A stretch of 64,000 bases of DNA from an uncultured candidatus Porisulfidus sp. (GTDB lineage Bacteria > Pseudomonadota > Gammaproteobacteria > Poriferisulfidales > Oxydemutatoraceae): assembly GCA_965215125.1 (NCBI GenBank), contig OZ244052.1:352001-416000 (forward strand), in the 5' to 3' direction. The position numbers were made by a program, and so were the translations under genes. The notes under the pieces are model-generated. The model was given only the letters and a program-made list of their open reading frames with translations. It did not search any database and had not been told where the DNA came from. How positions within the stretch are numbered: the first letter of the stretch is position 1; every line of letters begins with the position of its first letter. Shown here piece after piece: positions 37,301-49,300 of this stretch.

Positions 37301-40300
37301 AGATTGAACGAGTCATTCGCACTAATTCGTACGGTGTTGTCCGGTTGTTTAGTCAAAGGTGATCCGCCGCCCTTACGAATCGTTATTGCGGTACCTTTGC
37401 CGGCACCAACAGCGATTTTTATAATCAACGGCAATTCTTCGGCTTTAATCGTTGCTTCGTAGTTAAACTTATTAGGATCAAAGATCGGTAGCAACTGCGC
37501 ATTCTTTGAATTGACCGATAAACTAAGGCTACTCAACAATAGTCCATCGGAACGCTGACCGGGCAACAACAGATTACAACTCGGCAAGGTATCGCTGCCA
37601 CAACCCGGGTTATCTTTATCCGGTCCGATTCCGTATTTGAGTGCCGGATATTGTGTATTGGTGCCGAAATCCCAATCGGCAACATTCCAGCCTACATAGG
37701 TTTTACATAAATTCTCAGGTAATTCTTCATTAGATCCAATAAGTTTTTCAATACATGTGCCAAGTCCCTCATTCAATAGAGTAGGATCTTTAAGATTGCC
37801 TGCTGTTCTTACATTTTTGACATTGCTGTCTATTCCGAAACACTGCACTTTCAATGCGCTTATACCGAAGCCGGTGAACACACAATTCGGATTAAAGTTC
37901 CAATAACTATTGACGGAAGCGGATCCTCTGGCAATTAAACCGGCCAATGTACTGCCACCGGAAACTTTGCCTAGGGTATAACTATTCTCGATCTTTGAAT
38001 TATTATTGACACCGACTAAACCACCGGCAACTTTGTCGTTTGAGTTTACGCATGTACCGAACCCGGTCTCTACATTACCGGTCGCATAGCTGTTTTTGAT
38101 TTCGCTTCGGGTCAATAACTTATTTGAGTTGATGGAAAACTGACTGCTTACCAAACCACCGACGATGCAAGGTCCTTTCACCTCACCGGTCGCATAGCTG
38201 TTATATACCTTGCCGCCTTCTATGTTTCTACCGACTAAACCGCCCACTCCGACCCGCTTCGTATTGGGTGCTCCGGCATCTTCGGCAACCACATTGATCT
38301 TCGCATAACTATTGAGTATGAAACCTCTATTCCAGCCGATCATCCCGCCTATGAATCCTATACCGTTGCCGAAGCCGACATCCCCTGTTATTATTTTATC
38401 GGTGTTTCCTGCTCCGACATCGCCGACCACATAGCTATTCATGATGACACCGCCGCGTTCCATTCTGCCGACAATGCCACCTACATTTTTGATCCCGACC
38501 AGACCTTTGATTGTCGGATTTACAAGTCCCAAGTTTTTAACCTTTCCGACTGCTCCCATTTGAGAAAATAGACCTATATTGCTTTGATTGCGAACGCTAC
38601 GGTTTATTTGCATATTGGATATCGTATAGCCATTGCCGTTAAACACGGCATTAAATACTCCACCGATAGGCTGCCAACCGGAATCATTTTTATTTTTGAA
38701 ATTGCTCACCGTCCACCTATTCTTGGGTACCGACGGCTTCGGTGTACGGTAGCTTTCATCGTCGTTGAAATCCAAATCTTCGACTAATTCATAGCCTCGG
38801 CATTTCTCTACACCGTTGACCAACGGACAGCCCGTAGTAATCCTACTCGCATTTGCGGTTGCCTTATAACCGGTGCCGTCCAAACGATAGCGTACCGCAT
38901 TTAGCTCTTCCAAATAACGAATCTCTATCAAACCGTCGTTATCGTCGTCTATGTCTAGGTAATTTATGACTTCGGATTCAAATCGTTCGCGATAACCTTG
39001 ATTGTCTTCGTAAATAGCGAGTACGCGATACTGATAATCTCCCTCGTTAGGTATAGTATACGGAGATCCGCTCCCGACATTGACCCAATCTTCTGCATCG
39101 CTACGACGACGTTGCCATTGTATATGAGTTTCGGCAAGGCCACCGTCGCGGTCTACAAACTCGCTACCGTCCGCTCTTTCAAGTCGAACGGCATAAGTAT
39201 AGGGTTTATCGTTATCTTCAATTAAGCGAATACGATCGGCAGTATCGTTGTTCGCTTTGGAAACTATCAATGATATCGCTCTGCTCATATACACATCGTT
39301 CACACCGATTCCCGCCGCCAACTGTACGACACGGCTATCGTCTTGCTTAGACACTACATCGCTAGGTACCGTAAAATCCAATACGGCACTTTGTGTGTCA
39401 ACCGGCGATAGCCTGTCGTTGAACTTCAGCACATCGCCTGCCGATTGCCGCCATTTGTAGCGATATAAATCTTCATCCAAAGTAAAATTATACGAAATCA
39501 TTAGGCGAACACGCTCGCCTTCGACTACCGACAACGATAGTGGTACGATTGTCGTTGTTGTTGCCGTCACTCGTTCAATTTTTAGTTCGTCATAACGTAC
39601 CGAGAAGTGATACGACAATTCGCCGGCATCGGGATTATGCGTGGTTATAGTAATTTCCGGTATATGGTTACCGTCCAGCACAAACGATGTCGGAATACCC
39701 GATGAACATATCAAGCCATTGCGACAAGCAATATCTATAGTCGTGCCTACCCGTGTCGATGTGGTATCGACTCGTACTTCGGTCATTCGGGCAGACTCGG
39801 CTATGAGCTCGTAGTCAAAAATGAGCGGATGAAAAGACGGGAATAATCGGACATTGTTCGATAGAGTCAAACTTTGCAACAGACTTTTCCCTTCGGGAGC
39901 AAGCAACGGCACATCGGCAATCGCTTTCAGCTCGGGATAGCGATTCGCATCTGCGAACTCCCAAACATCGGCATCCCAGTTTTTATAAATACTATTGATC
40001 GGAGAAGTCGGCGTAGACGATCGGAGTATTGCCGTGGTCGCAGAAGAGCCGCCGGCACTCGATGCGATACCACTCGCCTCTATATCCCAATAACTATCGA
40101 CTACCATTGCACCGTTGACGGCAACCAAACCACCTACTTTAGACCTTGCGCCGACGGCTATAGCCCTATTCACCGTATAGCTGTTGATAATCTTGCTAGA
40201 ACCTCGGTTGAGAGCAACCAAACCACCGACAGTGTCCCAACCGATTACCGACCCTATCGCATAGCTGTTCTCAATGCGACCGCGATTGTCGTTTAAGGCA

Positions 40301-43300
40301 ACCAAACCACCTGCCAATGACGTTGTCAATCTATCCGATAGATTAGCTTCCACTTGGGTTTCTGCATAAGACCGAGTAATGGAACCGGCAAAATTCCTGC
40401 CGACCAATCCCCCTACGATTGCCGATCCACCGCTACCTCTTGCCATCACAGAACCACTAACATAACTCCGGCTAATGTCGCCCGCTCGGTTATAGCCGAC
40501 CAAACCACCTACATGCGCACCTCCGATTATATCTACATCCGTTAAACCGATACCTTCTATTACAACATCGCTTTTGCTGCCGTCTAGCACACCGAACAGC
40601 CCGATATAGTCGCTATCCGGTCTATTCACTCTCAAATTAGAAATCGTATAGCCGTTGCCTTTGAATATTGCCGTGAACGGATGTAGCGAGGTGCCTATCG
40701 GCTGCCAGCCTGACCCGGTAGTCCATGCGGTGTTGACACGCCCTGCTCGGTAATGTGCCGGATTATCAAAGTCTAAATCTTGCAACAACTCATAGCCTTT
40801 GCAACCGGCAATCGGACAGCCTCTAGCATTTTCTATCAATGCACCGTCGGCGTTTTGATATCTGAGACGTCTGCCGTCCAACGCATTGCGTATTGCGTCC
40901 AAGTCTTCCAATGTTAGAATATCTATCAACCCGTCTTTGTCGGTATCAATGTTTCTCTTCGGATCGGAAAAGAAATAATCGACTTCAAAGCGATATCGGA
41001 TGCGCCGCGCCCCCGAGACTTCAACACTAATCACGGTCGTGGCGTTGGAACGCAACACAATTGCCGAACTGCCGGTGCCGGTTTTGACCGTCTCGTCAAA
41101 ACCGTCATCACTAACGATACGAATGATTGCATCCTCATCCAGTGCATTCGGTATCAAATGTAACTGCTTTATGTTGGCATCCAGCTCTACACCGACACGA
41201 TAATATAATTTAGTCGTACTGAAGTTCGGAGATAGCGATACAGCCTCTGCGATTTTCAAACTTGCCAAACCATAAGACTGTAAGCCGGTGAGCGTGCTTT
41301 CGGTGTTGGTGGTATATTTAAGAATCGGATATTGATATGCATTGCCGAAATGCCAATCGCTATCATGCCACCGGTAATACGCCCTACCGGCATCCGACGA
41401 TTGACCGGTGCCCAGTTGCAGTTGCAGGGTTGTTTTGCCGATACCACCAGCCGATTCTCGTATGTTGCTCGTAGCGATATCCCAATAGCTATTTATCGCA
41501 ATACCACCGACGCTGTTGCCTATTAGACCGCCGCTGGTAACCGTATACGAAGCACACGCAGGCACCCCCGTACATAAGATATCTGCCGTCGCATAACTGT
41601 TGCGAACCGAGCCGCTGTTCTCGCCGACCAAACCACCGATAAGTGCGACTCCTTGAACACCGCCGCTTGCATAAGCGTTTGTAATAGAACCGAGATTCAA
41701 GGCGACCAAACCGCCGATGCCGGTGTCGCCCGATACACGATTCAAGCTGTAGCTATTCGCAATCACTCCACGACTTTCATTACGAGCTACCAAACCACCG
41801 ACTGAACGCCTGCCCGATACCACACCGTACGCATAACTATTAGAAATACGACCGATGTTATGGGCTACCAAACCGCCGATAAGTGTGACTCCTTGAACAT
41901 CGCCGCCTGCATAAGTGTTTGTAATAGAACCGAGATTCAAGGCGACCAAACCGCCGATGTCGGTGTCGCCCGATACACGACTCAAGCTATAGCTGTTTGC
42001 AATCACCCCACCGTTTTCGTTGCGAGCTACCAAACCACCGATACCACGCTCTCCCACTATCATGCCATCGGCATAGCTGTTGTTTATCTCTCCGGCGTTA
42101 TAGGCAGCTAGACTCCCGACACCGAGACGCCCCCTGATCTCTACATCCGATAAATTAATATTCTTGACCTGCGAACCGTCGGCTAATGCCGCAAACAAGC
42201 CGACATTGTCGGTATCGCTCTTATCAATGCGCAGATTTGAAATGGTATGATTGTTGCCGTTGAACACACTCTCAAACGGATTATCTCGGTCCCCTATGGG
42301 TTGCCAATTCTCCGCCCATTCGGTATTCACTACTCCCGAACGGTAGCTTGCAGCATCGCGAAAGTCCAAGTCTCGTGCTAATTCATAACCCAAACATACA
42401 TCGTTCGGACAGCCCTCGGTGATTTTGGTGTCGCTACGAATCGCTTTATAGCCGCTACCGTCCAGTTGATAGCGAATTGCATTTAGATCCTCCAAATTAC
42501 GCACCTCGATCAAGCCGTCGTCGTCTTCGTCTATATCGCTGACGGTAATAAAAGAATGTTTGCTTACCTCAAAACGATAGATTGTCGTTTGCGTAGCTCT
42601 AGATACCGAAGGATCCTCCACTGTCAGGGTAAGCAATAAACTATTAATATTGTCTATTTCAAGAGTGGTGCTTTGATTATTTTTCAATTCCTCACGAGGA
42701 TTCGTTTTACTATCGTCGTTGACTACAATAACTGCATCCGAATTAAATGTATACGGAATAATACTAAATTCACGCGCATCGCTCTTTAATATCAACTCGT
42801 AATCGTATATCCCGGAATTAAAGTCGGGTCTTAATAGCAAAACCTGACCCAACTTGCTCGAATGAGCCAAATTGCTTAAACCGATGTATTGATTTGGCAA
42901 TAAAGTCCCACACACCGGCAGTGCGGTATCGGTATCTTCGGCTTCTAGGCACGCCGGGCGAGTAATTATATCGGTAGCACTGGTATACCTTAATACCGGA
43001 TATTGACCGGACTCGGAATACCAATCGTTGCGATGCCATCGGCTATAGATCCCTTCTCCGATCGCAGCTGTTTGGAGCTCTGCCGTCGTCTTGCCGATAC
43101 CGTTGAAATTATTATTGTCATCTCTCACTGCACTTGTACCGACATCCCAATAACTTTGAATAGCGGAAAAATTGATCCGAACACTACCTATTAATCCCTC
43201 ACTACGACCCGATATTTTGCCGATTGCATAGCTGTTGATAATGCTATTACTTGCTCCACCGACCAAACCCCCTACGGACTGACTTCCGATGACCGCAACG

Positions 43301-46300
43301 CTTGCATAACTATTCAAGATACTTATTTGTGATAAGCCTACTAAACCTCCTATGAATTTATTCCCGCTAACCGTACCCTTCGCATAACTATTGTAGATTC
43401 TTGAACCCGATTGGCTACTACCGGCTAAACCACCGACAAAATTAATTCCGGCGACCGCAACATCGGTGCGGCTATTAACGATTACCCCCAAATTCCTGCC
43501 GGTCAATCCACCTACATAAGAAGCACCACGGACATTACCGCCTATTACATAGCTACTGACAATCTCACCGCGATTCTCGCCTACCAAAGTGCCGATATTA
43601 GATTGACCATTAACATCAATATCCACAGCGAGTAAGCCGATGTTCTCAATTCTTGCACCATCCGCCAGCACACCGAATAAACCGATATTATTGGTAGCAA
43701 TATCATTGATCCTCAGATTCGATATCGTGTGTGCATTACCGTTTAATAAACTGCTGAAGGGATTGCTACGGTTTCCTATCGGTTGCCACCCTGCACCGGT
43801 CGTCCACATCGAGTTGACCCTACCCACACGATAACTACCGGGATCGTTAAAGTCTAAGTCTCTGCTCAGTTTATAACCCTTGCATCGCCTCATGTTGTCT
43901 TCGGTGTCTATAGGGCAATCCTCCAAAACATCGGACAGACGCTCTATAGGATTACGCATCAGGTCCAAGTCCTCTAGATAATCGATCGATATCAAACCAT
44001 CTACTACCACAATACTGTGCAGTACCCTAATCGTATAGCGTTTCGGCACATTATGATTCGCAGCTCTCACCGTAATCACAATATTATCCAAATTGTCGCT
44101 TAGAGTGAACAATGAACTTTGCCGGCCGCGCTTTGATGAACTCAAGCTATTTGCGTCTACGGTAATCGTATCGCTACCGTAATAAGCGGTCGGTGTGGTA
44201 CGAAACTCCGTACCCGAATCAACGACTAAATCATAGTCGTATATCTCGGGATTAAATGCCGGAATCAAATGTGCATTTTTTGAAAACTCCAGCCGCACCA
44301 ACCCGGCACGTTGCTCGGGTAGCAAGGCACCACAATACGGTGTCTGTTCCGGTAATCTCGGTAAATGACTACGACATACGACCGCCCTATCATGCTCCGA
44401 CAAGGTTGCAAACAACCCACCGTTGCAAGCGGATAATTGCTCAAGCGACGGCTGCCTGCATACCATGTCGTTGGCATTGCCTGGCACATAAAGCAACGCC
44501 GGATATTGCTCTGCATTACCGAAGTGCCAATCGGCTCTATCCCACTCGGTATAGATATCATCCGACGGCACACCCGACTGCAGTGCCATCACAGTTTTAT
44601 CGGTGCCGATCAGTGAGTCGGCCCTAGAGATAACCGCACCTGCTTTGTAGTAGCTATTAACAATTAAACCCCCGAAAGCTATCAGCCCCCCCGCTAAATT
44701 ACCATTTGTCCGCACGCGCACATCACCCACTGCATAACTATTGTGAATTTTCGCGCTCTTCGGGCTACTACCAACCAAACCACCCGCCAAGCCGTTATTC
44801 GCCCTTACGGTACCGACGGCATAGCTATTAACAACAAAGCTATTTGCTTCGTTCCAACCGACCAGACCGCCTGCGTAAATATTATTTGCGTGTACGTCAA
44901 CATTCGCATAGCTATTAACGATCGTGCCGCCATTATTTCTGCCGACCAAACCACCGACGTAGCTGTTCAAAACGACTAGCTTGCCGTCTGCATAGCTATT
45001 GATAATCGTGCCGAAGTTGTAGCCGGCTATGGCACCGACGTTATTCTGTCCGGCGATATTCACATTCACTAGACCGACATTCTCAACTCTGCCACCGGCT
45101 CCGACTACTTCGAATAGACCCATACCGATAGTATTGCCCATTTTTATAGTCAAATTGGATATCGTGTAGCCGTTGCCTTTGAATACACCGCTAAAAGGTT
45201 CACTCAAACTACCTATGGGTTGCCACTCAATCCCGGCAAGGTCTATATCTGCGGTCAATTCATATCCCATGCAGCCGTTGGAACAATAGATCGCATCGGT
45301 GGTTTCGCTTTGTTGATAGGCACCGCCGTCCAAGCGATGGCGGACGGCATTCAAATGTGTCGCATTACTAATCTCTATTAATCCATCGCCGTCTTCGTCT
45401 ATGCTTTGAGCGACGATGTCGAGTCGATTGATGACGAATTGATATCGATACGAATGTCGTTTGCCGTCTTTTACGACCAAACTAAAAACCGTATCGCCGG
45501 TGTCGTTCAACGGTATCGGCACCGTCCATTCACCGCTATCGGTTTCTCCTATTGAGGTGCTATCCTTAAAAACTTCAATCGTTGCTACTGCATTAAACGC
45601 AGTCGGTAACATGCGAATAGTACTGCGATCGGCATTGACCGATACACCGTAATCAAATGATGTAAATGCAAAAGGACTGGACAAACCTGCGCCTTCGGAT
45701 AATTTTAGGTCTCGCAATAGGCTCCCTTGATGACGAAGCAAGGTGTGGCATGCATCGGGACGTCTCTGAATATCCGCTGTATCACAATGTGCATTACCAT
45801 CGGTAGAGTCGGCACGCAAATTATACCTAATCGCCGGATATTGCTGATCGGTGCCGAAATCCCAGTTATCCGAATTGCCTAGATTATCGCTACCCCAGCG
45901 CATATAAATGCCGGTTGCACTCGTCGGTGATTGAAGCTCGGCGGCACGCTCACTCTCTCCTAAAGTCACACTGGTTTCGGAGATATCTTCGTCTAAATAA
46001 ATTGTGTGAACGGTCGGCGCAAGATGATCTCGCGGATCTCTATTGCCACCGAATAAACCTTGCGGCACATCGGCTTTGGTTGCTAGAACACTCGCATAGC
46101 TATAGCTGATTTCAATAACCGACGATGAACGTACCCCGACTAATCCACCTATAAATCCGCTATCCTGCTTTCCGATAATCTCACCGACCACATAGCTGTC
46201 GGTGATAGTTAAATCGGAGTCTACATCGCCGACCAAACCGCCGGCAACTGCCGATCGACCGTTGACGGCAAGATTACCGACGAAATAACTGTTGCTAATT

Positions 46301-49300
46301 CGGGCACGCCTACCACTCGTTGCACTAATAGTATTGACCAAACCGGCGGCAGCGGCGGTTCCTTGTATATCTCCTATCACATAACTATTGCTTATCGTAC
46401 ACCGCTTACACGATGTGGCAATTCCGGCAACTATATCCCCGTTAATATCCACAGCCGACAATCCGATACCGTCTATATAGGCAACACGACTATCGCTACC
46501 TATCGTTGTAAAAAGACCGCCGCTAGACCTCACACTTAAATTGGCAATCGTTTTATTATTGCCTTTGAGTGTAGCGGTGAAAGTCCCTGCTATAGGTTGC
46601 CAGGCACCCGCACCCGTCCAGAGACGCATGTTCTTCTCGGCATTGCGATAACTACCGACATCGTTAAAATCCAAATCTCTTAGCAATTCATAACCACGAC
46701 ATCCCGCACTCGGACAACCCGAGGTAATCTTGATGGACTCATCATCCGCTCTATAGCCACTGCCGTCCAACTGATAGCGGATTGCATCCAAATCCTCCAA
46801 ATAATCGATATCGACGAGACCGTCGCCGTCTTCATCGATGACCCTATGATGCGCATAACTCAGATAAAGCGTATATCTAACCGTCTTCGTGCCTTCTACT
46901 TCAATAATCACTTTTTTTACCTCGTCACTCTTCAGCGAAATCAAAAAGTTCATATTGTTACTGTCTAGGATTTCTCTCACGGTTCCTATAATGCTAATAC
47001 GCGCAGTCGGTTCTATCGCAACCGGCATCAAGCGCACGCTTGGGTGGTCGCCGATCACCGTGCCGAAATAAACGCCGCTTTGGTTGAGCCTTTCAATATC
47101 AAGCGGTGGAGAGAATGTAACATCGTTTGCTACCGTTAAATCACGCAAACCATAGCGCAACCCCGGCGATATTAAATTGCCACATTGCGGCATTCCCGAT
47201 GAACCACACTCAAAAACACCCTCGGTTGCAGTGGTATATTTAAGTATCGGGTATTGTTTCGATGTTCCGAAATCCCAATCGTCGGTATCCCAATCTTTAT
47301 AAATGCTATTCGCCGGCATCGTCGGGGTCTGCGATTGAAGCTGTTTCGTGATTTGCCCACTTCCGTTGCTCCCTTGTACAGTATTGATGTCGCTGTTCCA
47401 ATAGCTTGCGATTATCTTGACAGCACCCGAAGTAGCACCGACCAACCCCCCTATGCTCTGATTATCCCCGTTTGTTCCACTTGCTTGACTAATCGTATAA
47501 CTGTTTTCAATGGTACTGCCCTCCAGGAAACCAACCAAGCCCCCCGCATTTCTACCTCGAACTCTAACCGCTGCATAGCTGTTAATAATTTTTGCCTGCG
47601 GCTCGTTCCAGCCGACCAGCCCACCTGCGTGACTTCCACCGGCGACTATAGAGACTTTACCGGTTGCATAACTATTAGTGACTAGGTCCCGATTAACACC
47701 CACTAAGCCACCAAAACCTAAGCCGCCCGAACTTAGTATTATGATACTATCGGCATGACTATTGATAATTCTGCCATCGTTATCTCCAACGAGACCGCCG
47801 AGCAATGAAGTTCCTGAAACTTCGCTTATCGCATGGCTTCCAATAATATCTCCGCCGTCGTTGTTTGCGACCAGACCGCCGGCCACACCCTCGATACTTT
47901 TTGATTCAACACTGCCACCGACATAGCTATAGCCGACTTGCCCTCGGTTGGTGCCTATTAGTCCGGCAACTTTAGCTCCACCTTCTATTTTTAGGTTCAA
48001 CAAACCGATATTGCTTATCAGTGCACCGGATGTGCTAACACCGAATAAACTTTGATTGTCGGCATCGTCTCTATTGATTTGCAAACCCGATATCGTATAA
48101 CCGTTGCCGTCGAAGCGACCGGCAAAAGGTTTTGACTCGCTGCCTATAGGTACCCAACCCGTATCGGCAGAATCGCTGTAATCATCTACCGTCCAAAGAA
48201 TCCTATTCAACGGATCCAGATAACTCTCGTCATTTGCAAAATACAAGTCTCTAGCCAATTTATAAGAACCTTTAGGCCGCCGATGTATCGCACGCAAGTC
48301 TTCCAGATAGTTGATCGGCGTAAACTCGGCAGTACTTCGATAATCAATATACAATGTATAGCGTACAGTCACAGTTCCCTGTACTTCAATGTGAATACGC
48401 GTCATACCGATTGGCTTCAAAGAAATTGCTTTACTCGTCTCGCCGCTTCGGATACGGTCGTAGACAGTCTTATCGTCGCCGATGTAGAAACTAATATGTG
48501 CCGTCGGTTCTATCGTCGTCGGAATCAACCGTATCACATTGTCGGTACTGCTCAGACTGCCGATATAAATACCGCTTCGGTTTTGTGCCTCTATATCGAA
48601 CTCGGGAGATAAAACAACACTGTCCGCCGTCGCCAAACTACGCAAACCATAACGCAAGCGCGGCGATATCAACGCACCGCATTGCGGCAATCCCGACAGA
48701 CCGCAGGCATCGCCGTCGGGTCCCGATGCGTATTCGAGGATCGGATACTGCGCGCTGTTGCCGAAATCCCAATCGGCATCGTCCCATTCTTCGTATATCC
48801 CGATTGCTGCAGTGGGTAACTGCATTTGTTGCGTACTCTGCCCGTTTCCATGACGACCTTGTAAACCGCCGGTCTCGGTGTTCCAATAGCTCGCTCTAAT
48901 GATTCCTCTATTAGTCGCAGCTAAACCACCGCCTCTTCCTTGCACCCTACCGATAGCATAACTATTGATGATTGAACCAGTGGACAAATTTGAACCCACC
49001 AAACTACCCGCCAAAACTCCTTCAACATTTGTCATTGCATAGCTGTTGGTTATAGACCCTTCGTTAAAGCCGACCAAACCACCGATGCTAATACCTCCGA
49101 CATCACCACCGGCATAGCTATTGATGATACGCGCAGTAATACCGTTCCAGCCTACAAGCCCACCGACAACAGATGTTGCCGACACACCGATACCATTTGC
49201 ATAACTGTTGATAATCGTGCCGAAGTTGCCTCCGACGAGCCCACCGATATATTGCCTCCCTTCTATCCTTACATTAGACAAGCCTACATTTCTTACGCTA

